From assembly GCA_043827025.1 (NCBI GenBank), contig JBDRPL010000015.1:1-35884 (forward strand): a stretch of 35,884 nucleotides of DNA, written 5' to 3'. The notes under the pieces are model-generated. The model worked only from the letters and a program-made list of their open reading frames with translations. It did not search any database and was not told the origin of the DNA. The position numbers and the translations under genes were made by a program. This document shows, piece after piece, positions 1-8,165 of this stretch (position 1 is its first letter; every line of letters begins with the position of its first letter). This DNA is from Candidatus Micrarchaeota archaeon. Its GTDB lineage: Archaea; Micrarchaeota; Micrarchaeia; Anstonellales; Bilamarchaeaceae.

Positions 1-55
1 CATGATCGTGAATACAAAACATTCGCGACATTGAAAAACTGGGTTTCGCTGCACA
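1..55 (+). repeat. Terminal direct repeat, left copy (identical to 35830-35884)
   Basis: CATGATCGTG...TTTCGCTGCACA, 55 nt, matches the last 55 nt exactly. Confidence 0.97.
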
Positions 56-162
56 AGCTTGTTGCAATGCAACAAGATGCCCATTGTTGCGCTACGCAAC
101 AATCGGGAGTAGCGGGGTATGGACCCAGTTCATCAAATCAAGGACCTGGAAATATATACCCC
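6..162 (+). other. Structured non-coding hairpin array, left part; continues from 35750-35884
   Basis: Stems 6-13/21-28, 37-44/123-130, 47-52/109-114, 58-65/69-76, 83-91/95-103; possible pseudoknot 115-120/156-161. Confidence 0.7.
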
Positions 163-458
163 TGCCTGATGATTAAGCCCTGAAACTGCCTTCCAATGAT
201 CTGCATAATCTTTCAGGACCGCATCATACTGATCAATAAGTTGACCTGCCAATTGTAGACTTCGAGATGCAACTGTCAATCTGTTTTTTTCGGAGGAGAA
301 ATATCACCCAGCCATTTTTGAGCACAATGCATAAAATCACAATTGTGGTAAAAAATACCAATAGAAGGAAATAAAAAATTAATGCATTTTGTGAATTATA
401 AAAAATAAGAAAAAAATCAGAAAAAGACTGACTCAAACTCAAGGCATAGGATCAGAAA

Positions 459-2105
459 CTAATCCATATCCATTCCGCCCATGCCACCCATTCCGCCTGG
501 AGGCATTGACGGCTTGCCTCTACTTGAGATGATATCGTCTATCCTCAATATCAGCCTTGCTGTTTCTGTTGCGCTTGTGATTGCCTGCCTCTTCACCTTT
601 GCAGGTTCAAGAATTCCGAGGGCTTTCATGTCCGCGATAATGCCACCAAGAACATCTACACCGAATGTTGTTCCTTCTTTCTTGTGTTTGCTCCTCAGGC
701 CAACAAGAGTGTCAATCGAATCCATACCTGCATTCTCTGCAAGTGTTCTTGGAATTGCTTCCAATGCGTCTGCAAATGCCTGCACTGCCAACTGTTCCCT
801 TCCGCCAATCTCTGCTGAGTAAGCTGTGAGTTGCTTTGCAAGTTCCATCTCAACTGCTCCGCCACCAATGACATATTCGCCATCTTCGACTGCAGATGTG
901 ACTGCGCCTCTTGAATCAACAACTGCCCTCTCAACTTCGGAAATGACATGGTCTGTCCCTCCTCTTACGAATAAAGTAACAGCTTTTGCATCCTTGCACT
1001 TTTCCACAAAGATCATGGCTTCGCCTGAAATCTTCTTTTCCTCAACATTGCCTGCATGACCAAGGTCACTTGCACTCAAATCCTCAAGGCTTGATGCGAT
1101 TTTCGCACCTGTTGCACGTGCAAGCTTTTCCATATCAGATTTCTTGACTCTTCGTGTAGCCATTATGCCTTGCTTTGCAAGGAAGTGCTGTGCCAAATCA
1201 TCGATTCCTTTCTGGCAGAATATGACCTGTGCACCGCTTGCAACAATTTTTTCAACCATATCCCTGAGCATCTTCTCTTCCTGCTTCAGGAAAGATTCCA
1301 TTTGTTCTGGCGAGGTTATTTCAATCTTCGCATCTGTTTCTGTCTTTTCGATTTCCAATGCCGAATCAAGCAATGCTATTTTTGCATTATTCATGATCTT
1401 AGGCATCCCTGAATGAACGACTTCCTTGTCAACTAACACTCCGTTTATGAGTGCTGTATCCATAACGTCTCCGCCAGCCTTCTTCTCGATTTTTATGAGT
1501 TCGGTATCAATTATTGTTTTTCCATCTTTTTTCTCTGCAACCTGCCTTATTGCATTCACTATAAGTTTTGCAATCTTTGTCTTCTCTTCCAATGTTCCAA
1601 TTCCTTTGGAACCCATTGCAACAAGGGCAACCTTGACAAGTATTTCCACGTCGTCAACTCCAACTTTCTGTGAAACAGAAGCCAGAATCTCCCTGGCTTT
1701 CTTCGATGCCAGTTCATAGCCCTTTATCACTGTTGTAGGGTGAACATTCTGGTCAAGAAGATCTCCAGCCTTTTTGAGAAGATTACCTGCAATAACAACA
1801 GAAGTTGTTGTTCCATCGCCCACTTCCTTATCTTGTGTTTTTGCGATTTCAACCATCAGCTTTGCTGCAGGGTGGTCAACATTCATCTCTTCGAGGATAG
1901 TTGCGCCATCATTTGTAATGACTATGTCTCCCATGTCACTCACAAGCATCTTGTCCATTCCCTTTGGACCTAACGTAGTCTTTATTATATTTGCAACTGC
2001 ATAGCCAATTGCGATATTGACACGCATTGCATCTCTTCCCAAAACCCTTTGTGCTCCCTCTGGAAGCACATAAACCTGTTCTCCTCTGTTAACTTCTCTT
2101 GCCAT
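459..2105 (-). CDS. ths: Thermosome subunit (group II chaperonin)
   Basis: [19 protein letters not shown] and GDGTTT motifs; GGM-rich tail; AGGTGA SD at 2112-2117. Confidence 0.98.
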   Translation of the reverse strand: MAREVNRGEQVYVLPEGAQRVLGRDAMRVNIAIGYAVANIIKTTLGPKGMDKMLVSDMGDIVITNDGATILEEMNVDHPAAKLMVEIAKTQDKEVGDGTTTSVVIAGNLLKKAGDLLDQNVHPTTVIKGYELASKKAREILASVSQKVGVDDVEILVKVALVAMGSKGIGTLEEKTKIAKLIVNAIRQVAEKKDGKTIIDTELIKIEKKAGGDVMDTALINGVLVDKEVVHSGMPKIMNNAKIALLDSALEIEKTETDAKIEITSPEQMESFLKQEEKMLRDMVEKIVASGAQVIFCQKGIDDLAQHFLAKQGIMATRRVKKSDMEKLARATGAKIASSLEDLSASDLGHAGNVEEKKISGEAMIFVEKCKDAKAVTLFVRGGTDHVISEVERAVVDSRGAVTSAVEDGEYVIGGGAVEMELAKQLTAYSAEIGGREQLAVQAFADALEAIPRTLAENAGMDSIDTLVGLRSKHKKEGTTFGVDVLGGIIADMKALGILEPAKVKRQAITSATETARLILRIDDIISSRGKPSMPPGGMGGMGGMDMD

Positions 2106-2225
2106 ACATATTCACCTTTTTTATTTTTTAGTTTTTTAGTATCTAGTTTATACCCTAATAATTAGGAAAGAAAATAATACTGAAAAAGGTTTAAAAAACC
2201 ACTAGCTTCTTATAAACTGCCAAAA

Positions 2226-2768
2226 TTACTGTTTAGTAATAACCTCATCCACCAAAGAATTAACTGCCTGTATCAGATCCTTGTTTTCATCAGAATCAAT
2301 GGACATGAACACAGAACCGACTCCTTTTAACCTTAGCTGGTTGATGAGAAAATTCGAGAATCTGCTTATTTTATTCTTATCATGATAGAAGAGCATGGTA
2401 CTGAGCGAATCCAAAAAGAACACGCTTTCCTTGTCAGCATTTTTCAGACATTTGGTGATGGCCAATCCAATATTTGTAAGGTTTCTTGGGGACTCGACAA
2501 AGATGCAGTTGCATGTTTCGTCCTTACATTCCAGCTTCCTTGTAACGCAATCGATAAAAAAGAAGTTGTCCGACGGTAGTTTGGACTCTTTCAGAAAGTC
2601 GACAAACTGAGAATATGACTTGCTCATACTAAGATAGATCACTTTCTTGTTTTTGAAGGACTTTAGAATTTCATGGACATGTCTAGAGTAGCTAGGATCT
2701 TTTATTATATAATGCTCTGATTTGCCCATGCATTTGATTTCCATCTCAGATATTAAAATCCTTTGCAT
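2226..2768 (-). CDS. Degenerate KaiC/RecA-fold protein without Walker A (DUF7504/DUF835-like); start uncertain
   Basis: VIYLS..K, FFFIDC, SP.NLT, Walker-B-like VFFLDSLSTML; no GxxGxGKT. Confidence 0.7.
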   Translation of the reverse strand: MQRILISEMEIKCMGKSEHYIIKDPSYSRHVHEILKSFKNKKVIYLSMSKSYSQFVDFLKESKLPSDNFFFIDCVTRKLECKDETCNCIFVESPRNLTNIGLAITKCLKNADKESVFFLDSLSTMLFYHDKNKISRFSNFLINQLRLKGVGSVFMSIDSDENKDLIQAVNSLVDEVITKQ

Positions 2769-2802
2769 CTACGGAAGAGACATAGGTTTAAATAAATTTC
2801 GC

Positions 2803-2826
2803 ACTAACTTTTAGTTACTAGTAACT
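2803..2826. promoter_or_regulatory. Putative operator for the adjacent HxlR-type regulator
   Basis: TAAC-TTTTA-GTTA (2805-2817) overlaps the perfect 14-bp palindrome AGTTACTAGTAACT (2813-2826) between divergent genes; TTTAAATA box at ~2787-2794. Confidence 0.5.
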
Positions 2827-2863
2827 TTTTTTATCCAAAAAGATAAAGGATTAGAAATGGGGG

Positions 2864-3292
2864 ATGAACATGGAATGTGAAATGTGCAAAGGAAAATCAA
2901 AATATTCTATAAGGTCCTGCGCTGTCAACAAGAGCCTCATGCTAATAGGGTCAAAATGGATACTGCCAATACTACTGGAGCTGAAGATAGGGGGAAGAAC
3001 CAGGTTCAATGAACTCCAAAGGATATTGTTTCCAATATCTGCAAAGATACTGTCAAAGAGATTGAAGACATTGAACTCTCAAGGATTGGTTAGGAAAGAA
3101 GAAAGTGCTTCTTCATCCATTCCAAAGGTCAGTTATTACTTGACAAAGAAAGGGGATGAACTGATAGCATCCATAAATCCCATCCTCAAGTTCAGTGAAA
3201 AATACGAGGACAAGGAATGCAAGCTCGTCAACAAGCTGAAAACAGAATCAGTGGCTGTAAAGCCAAAGCATGATAGCTTTCTGCATGTGTAA
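2864..3292 (+). CDS. HxlR/DUF24 winged-helix transcriptional regulator
   Basis: CAV..SL.LIGSKW, RFNELQR, ISAKILSKRLK.L...GLV, PKVSYYLT.KG. Confidence 0.92.
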   Translation: MNMECEMCKGKSKYSIRSCAVNKSLMLIGSKWILPILLELKIGGRTRFNELQRILFPISAKILSKRLKTLNSQGLVRKEESASSSIPKVSYYLTKKGDELIASINPILKFSEKYEDKECKLVNKLKTESVAVKPKHDSFLHV

Positions 3293-4177
3293 CCTGTTTT
3301 CCGCCTGGTCAAAAACAACGCTCTGCGGACCATCTATCACGTCTGCAGTTTGCTCATACCCCCTCATTGCAGGAAGGCAGTTCATGAACATTGCATCCTT
3401 CTTTGCATGTGCCATTAATTCCTTATTTACCTGATATGGCTTGAATGTGGCAATTCTTTCTCCTTCTTTTTCCTTAAGGATATGGTAGGACATCCACGAA
3501 TCCGTATAGACAATGTCTGCATCCGTTACTGCTTCAATAGGATCATTTGTTATTATTACTTTTGAGCTGTTTCTATCTGCAAATTCCTTTGCTTTTTCAA
3601 CAACGGATTTCTGTGGCATGTATTCATCACCTTTTGGACAGCCGACATAGATATCAATCCCTACTAGAGAGCATCCAAAAAGCAGTGAATGGGTGACATT
3701 ATTATTTGAATCACCGAGATAAACCAATTTCAAGTTATTCAATCTTCCTTTCTTTTCCTTTATAGTAAGCAAGTCAGAGAGTATCTGGCACGGATGCGAA
3801 TAATTGGTGAGAGCATTGATAACTGGAACTGATGAATTAGTTGCATACTCCTCTATGTCCTTGTGTTCGAACAGCCTTGCCATCACAATATCAACATATC
3901 TTGAAGATGTTTTCGCAGTGTCTGCGATTGATTCCTTCTTTCCCATTGGAGAAGTTGAGATGTCATAATAAATGCCATGCCCGCCCATCTGAGTCATGCC
4001 AACTTCAAATGACACCCTTGTTCTCAAAGAAGGCTTTGCAAAGATCATCAGCAATGTCTTATCCTTCATCGCACTTTTGTAATTCTCTGGATTCTTCTTT
4101 ATTTTTTCAGCTTCTGAAACCAGATGCATTACTTCCCCTTTATCCAAACTAGCCAAACTCAACAAATGCCTTGTCAT
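3248..4177 (-). CDS. argF: Ornithine carbamoyltransferase
   Basis: KPSLRTR, HPCQ, YTDSWMSYH, NCLPA and QAENRLH motifs; ATG at 4177. Confidence 0.95.
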   Translation of the reverse strand: MTRHLLSLASLDKGEVMHLVSEAEKIKKNPENYKSAMKDKTLLMIFAKPSLRTRVSFEVGMTQMGGHGIYYDISTSPMGKKESIADTAKTSSRYVDIVMARLFEHKDIEEYATNSSVPVINALTNYSHPCQILSDLLTIKEKKGRLNNLKLVYLGDSNNNVTHSLLFGCSLVGIDIYVGCPKGDEYMPQKSVVEKAKEFADRNSSKVIITNDPIEAVTDADIVYTDSWMSYHILKEKEGERIATFKPYQVNKELMAHAKKDAMFMNCLPAMRGYEQTADVIDGPQSVVFDQAENRLHMQKAIMLWLYSH

Positions 4178-4221
4178 ATTTTCCACCAAATAATTATCAA
4201 ATCTTATTTCTTATTAATTAG

Positions 4222-5094
4222 TTATCCTTCAATATTCATAAGGCTAACTGCAATTCCTCCCATTTCCATTGCCTTATGGCTGTCGCCCAATTCCTCATAC
4301 GCCATTGCCGCAATTAAATAATTCCTTGCATACGCCGGCGAAACTGCAATCCCCTTATCTGCATATTCCAATGCTTTCTTCGCATTATTCTTATCTAAAC
4401 ATAACTTTGCCATTCTCCAGTACATCTGCGGATCATCAGGGTCTGCCTTCAATCCGTTTTCGCACAATGCGAACAAAGAGCCATCGTCGTCAATGGAACT
4501 GAGAAAATCGTCAAGGATTATTGCCCCAACTGAAGCTCCAAGAAAAGGAACTTGGATTGACGAAAAAGCAGTGTTTATGGAATCCTGATACTTCATCCCT
4601 CTTTGGAGATTGGCATTGAATGATTTGCTGAAAGAACACAATGATGCAAGGTCGGGTATCCGCGAGATCTTTTCATTCTCTTCTTCTGATAAATCAATGG
4701 CAAGGTTTCTGCAGATCTCCTTTACCACTTCTTTTTCGATTTTCAAAAGATCAGATGTTTTCATTACTTTTTCTATTTCGAAACACTTTCCATTGGATGA
4801 AACTAATTGCAATGACAAGATTGCATCCACATCATCATATTCAATCAATCCCTTGATTATGACATCTATTTTTCGATTAAGGAAAAGATTCTTGCTTACC
4901 CGATCCCATTCCTGGTCCCAGAATAAAGGCGAATCCGCATAATCATCAACGCACAGGCTCTTGATACACATCAAATCCCTTCTTAGGAGGTGAATGAACC
5001 ACTCATGGGCATTGAAATAATCAGACATCTGCGAGGATTCCGAAGAGAATTGGAGGACGGATATTTTTTTCACAGAAGAAAGATCGATTGGCAT
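4222..5094 (-). CDS. Hypothetical protein with TolB-N/CsgG-like N-part and C-terminal TPR
   Basis: IDVIIKG...LSLQLVS pattern; TPR-like ADPDDPQMYWRMA...ALEYADKGIAVSPAYARNY; ATG at 5094 avoids the SRP54 promoter. Confidence 0.65.
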   Translation of the reverse strand: MPIDLSSVKKISVLQFSSESSQMSDYFNAHEWFIHLLRRDLMCIKSLCVDDYADSPLFWDQEWDRVSKNLFLNRKIDVIIKGLIEYDDVDAILSLQLVSSNGKCFEIEKVMKTSDLLKIEKEVVKEICRNLAIDLSEEENEKISRIPDLASLCSFSKSFNANLQRGMKYQDSINTAFSSIQVPFLGASVGAIILDDFLSSIDDDGSLFALCENGLKADPDDPQMYWRMAKLCLDKNNAKKALEYADKGIAVSPAYARNYLIAAMAYEELGDSHKAMEMGGIAVSLMNIEG

Positions 5095-5148
5095 GAATAA
5101 AGTATATGAAATAAAATCCTTTAAACCTAACCACTCATAGCATAGCAT

Positions 5149-6474
5149 ATGGATCTGGGAAAGAAGCTCAGGGAAACGCTTGCAAAGCTTACAAATAAGC
5201 CGTACGTTGACGAAGATGCAGTCAAAGCGCTTATCAAGGATTTACAGCGTGTGCTTATCTCAAATGATGTCAATGTCAAGCTGGTGTTCGAACTATCTAA
5301 ACGAATTGAAGAGCGATCATTAAAGGCGAAGAAACTTGAAGCGTTGTCACTCAAGGAACATGTTCTCAAGGTAGTTTATGATGAACTTGTAATGTTCATG
5401 GGTGAAAGCTATACTCCGAGATTAGATAAACATAAAGTATTATTATGTGGGCTTTTTGGATCAGGAAAAACAACACAAACAGCAAAGCTGGCATATTTCT
5501 ACAAATCAAAGGGATTGAAGGTTGGTGTAGTTGCAGCAGATGTTGACCGTCCAGCGGCGCAGGAACAGCTTGAACAACTTGCAAAGCAGGTCAATGTCAA
5601 TTACTATACGATAAAAGGAGAAAAGGTTGCATCGAAGATAGTTGAAAAGGCATTAAAAGAATCAAAAGACGATGTTCTCATAGTAGACTCGGCAGGAAGA
5701 AGCGCATTCGATGAGAATCTGGCTGATGAATTAAGGCAGATAAACTCGGTTCTCAAACCAGAAGAAACGCTTCTTGTAGTGAGCGGAGATGTCGGCCAGA
5801 TAGCCGGAAAACAAGCCGAAGAATTCAACAAGAATGTCAATATTACAGGAGTCATCGTAACAAAAATGGACGGCTCTGGAAAAGGAGGCGGAGCACTATC
5901 TGCAGTTGCTGCAACCAAAACAAAGATTGCATTCATCGGAGTCGGTGAAAAGATGGATGAATTGCAAGTATATGATTCCAAAAGGTTCGTAGGTGGATTG
6001 CTCGGCGTTCCTGACATACAGGCGCTTATGGAAAAGGTGCAGAAATTATCTGAAGAGGAAGACCTTTCCAAATTGCAAACAGATGAATTCACAATACAAA
6101 CATTCTACGACCAGTTGAAGGCTGCCAAGAAATTAGGGCCTTTGAAAGGAGTCATGTCCATGATGGGGCTTGTTGATCTGCCAAAAGAGATGATGCAGCA
6201 GAGCGAAGAAAAAATGAAGAAATTCGAAGCGATGATAGGCTCTATGACTACTGAGGAGAAAAAAGATGCCAAGCTGATTAAGAAAACCAGTACTCGCATT
6301 ACTCGCATTGCAAGTGGTTCCGGTTGCAGTGAAAGAGATGTGCGTGAATTCCTGGCGCAATTTGAAAAGATGGAAAAGATGCTTGGCATGTTCAAGAAAA
6401 ACAGGGGCTTCAGATCAAAGATGGAAAAAATGCTCAAAGGAGGAGGCCTCCAGAACCTTCCAAAAATGTCATGA
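5149..6474 (+). CDS. srp54: Signal recognition particle GTPase SRP54
   Basis: GLFGSGKTT, DVDRPAA, DSAGR, TKMDGSGKGGG; M-domain SMT.EE and RIASGSG. Confidence 0.97.
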   Translation: MDLGKKLRETLAKLTNKPYVDEDAVKALIKDLQRVLISNDVNVKLVFELSKRIEERSLKAKKLEALSLKEHVLKVVYDELVMFMGESYTPRLDKHKVLLCGLFGSGKTTQTAKLAYFYKSKGLKVGVVAADVDRPAAQEQLEQLAKQVNVNYYTIKGEKVASKIVEKALKESKDDVLIVDSAGRSAFDENLADELRQINSVLKPEETLLVVSGDVGQIAGKQAEEFNKNVNITGVIVTKMDGSGKGGGALSAVAATKTKIAFIGVGEKMDELQVYDSKRFVGGLLGVPDIQALMEKVQKLSEEEDLSKLQTDEFTIQTFYDQLKAAKKLGPLKGVMSMMGLVDLPKEMMQQSEEKMKKFEAMIGSMTTEEKKDAKLIKKTSTRITRIASGSGCSERDVREFLAQFEKMEKMLGMFKKNRGFRSKMEKMLKGGGLQNLPKMS

Positions 6475-6561
6475 ACATTGTGAATCTGTTGATTTATAAT
6501 CCGAGAATGTAAAACGAGAAAGCTTATAAAAGATGACTTAGAAATAGTTAATGGTGACCTT

Positions 6562-6885
6562 ATGGAAAAAGATGTTATCATGCTTTGCTTCCTGCTTGTA
6601 GCAGCAGTGGCTTTTGCATACACGTTAGTTGTGAACAGCAATGATTATTCTACGGATATATATCATGGATCAGTTGCGGATGCAGAAGCAACATGCTTTG
6701 ATTCTGACGGCGGAAAAGTATTTGAAATTGCTGGATATACTACAGTGACAAGCGGCGCTACCACAAACATCAGGAGCGACTACTGTAAAACAGAAGCAGA
6801 GCTTGTCGAATTCTATTGCGACGGAAAGGTTGCAAAAAGCGTATCTGCTGAATGTAGCTGCTTCGACAGTGCATGCACACAGTAA
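6562..6885 (+). CDS. Small exported Cys-rich protein (CxDSDGG module)
   Basis: N-terminal hydrophobic signal/anchor; CFDSDGG...DYC....LVEFYC...CSCFDSAC. Confidence 0.8.
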   Translation: MEKDVIMLCFLLVAAVAFAYTLVVNSNDYSTDIYHGSVADAEATCFDSDGGKVFEIAGYTTVTSGATTNIRSDYCKTEAELVEFYCDGKVAKSVSAECSCFDSACTQ

Positions 6886-6971
6886 GGAATTTTTTTCTTA
6901 TTTTAATCTTTTCAAAACTCGAGATTCGAAACAGAAAATCCAAAACCCTAGACTCGAAACTGGAAACAGAT

Positions 6972-7236
6972 TAGTGAGGGGCATAGTCTGCCTTCTGTGG
7001 TTTATACGCAGGATTGAACTTACTCTCATCCAATTACTTAAAAGAGAGCCTCCGGTTATGAACCAAAGAGCGGCGCAAAGGCCTTGCAGAGTTATTGAAC
7101 GGAAACATGCCGTTTCAGTCCTCCCTTGCGAAAGGATTCGTTGCTGTTCATGTTCCAGAACCTTAAGTTCCTTTCATTCTACTCTGGGCAGAACTTCCTC
7201 ACCGTCAGAGACGGCGCACCTGCTTGCCCCTCACTA
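6972..7236 (-). ncRNA. rnpB: RNase P RNA (compact, ~265 nt)
   Basis: 12-bp P1 TAGTGAGGGGCA/TGCCCCTCACTA; CR-I GAGGAAGTTCTGCC (7200-7187) pairs with CR-V ACAGAAGGCAGACTA (6998-6984) to form P4; P2 GCAGG/CCTGC; P3; P12 with GCAA loop flanked by CR-II ACAGCAA and CR-III TGAAAC. Confidence 0.93.
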
Positions 7237-7358
7237 TATACTTGACCAACTAAAGTATTTCAATTGTTGGTCAAGGATATAGATCCAACAATTAAGTTGG
7301 ATCAATATAACATAGATTAGAACAGAACAAATTAAAAAACAGCCTCTTTGGGAATTGA

Positions 7359-8153
7359 TCAGAGGACAGGCGGTTTGAATGGGCCTTGCTTTCCTTCCAA
7401 TACCCAAAAGTAATAGGACAGTGCCCTTGCAGTGCCAAAGGTGAACTTGCCGGCATTACTCCCTTGAGAAATTGCACTTACATCTCCAAACTGTTTCTTG
7501 TATCCTGCATCGCCCTTCAGAAAACTGCGTGCAAGAAAATCCTGCATGATTGTAACTGCTTTTTCATCATAATTTATCCTTCCCATATCAGGCGCATAAT
7601 TCAGCCCGCAGGCAACAAGGCTTTGGAAAGGGGCAGTGGAATACAGTTTCTGATAAAGCAATTCAATAACTTTAAATTTATCTTGATACTTGGAGGCTGA
7701 AATAACAGGCCCATCCCTAAGCATCTTATCGTAGAAAAGAGCCATGTCTCCTTTAATAAACTTCACAACACCAAACTGTCTGTTTAATTGAACGGTGGTA
7801 TTCGCATCAGGCTGTTTTGAAAGTTTTGATGGAAGCTCCGATTCTCTTTTTTTCTCGACAGACTTTGCTGATGGAGTTGGACGCTTTATGGCAGGAAGAA
7901 AAATTTTTTTTCCAGCAGGTTCACTGAGCGTATCGATTTTGCTTTGGATTTGAGGCTTCAATGAATCAAGGCCTGGAGGAGTGAAAAAAAACTCCCTACG
8001 TAGCTTCCGCGTAAGATCTACAACAATTGCATCAGGATTTGCTCCAACTGCAATTATCCTTGGTGGATTTCCACCCGTATTGAAAACTACTGAATAGTTT
8101 GGTCCTGATTTTTCAATCGAATTTATCGAAATATTGAGAGTTTGCGATGGCAT
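7359..8153 (-). CDS. Hypothetical protein, two domains with a P/S/K linker; co-transcribed with 8166-11405
   Basis: 264-aa ORF; GAGGT SD; 12-nt gap from upstream stop. Confidence 0.8.
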   Translation of the reverse strand: MPSQTLNISINSIEKSGPNYSVVFNTGGNPPRIIAVGANPDAIVVDLTRKLRREFFFTPPGLDSLKPQIQSKIDTLSEPAGKKIFLPAIKRPTPSAKSVEKKRESELPSKLSKQPDANTTVQLNRQFGVVKFIKGDMALFYDKMLRDGPVISASKYQDKFKVIELLYQKLYSTAPFQSLVACGLNYAPDMGRINYDEKAVTIMQDFLARSFLKGDAGYKKQFGDVSAISQGSNAGKFTFGTARALSYYFWVLEGKQGPFKPPVL

Positions 8154-8165
8154 TTGATTACCTCA

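Noticed and set aside
1..162. Junction structure as SRP RNA, CRISPR array or group I/II intron
   Set aside because: No SRP helix 8 motif, no repeat-spacer periodicity, no P7 or domain V consensus recognised
133..442. 69-aa hydrophobic ORF 233-442 and a short open frame (...LIDQYDAVLKDYADHWKAV...) ending near 133
   Set aside because: The first follows the T-rich thermosome terminator region with a TTG start; the second has no good start or homology, although a decayed gene cannot be excluded
5449..5700. SRP54 variant motifs (GLFGSGKTT, DSAGR) as a sign of inactivation
   Set aside because: Core GTPase residues are intact; changes look like ordinary lineage drift
6803..7282. 159-aa + strand ORF
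   Set aside because: Antisense to the RNase P RNA and overlaps 6562-6885
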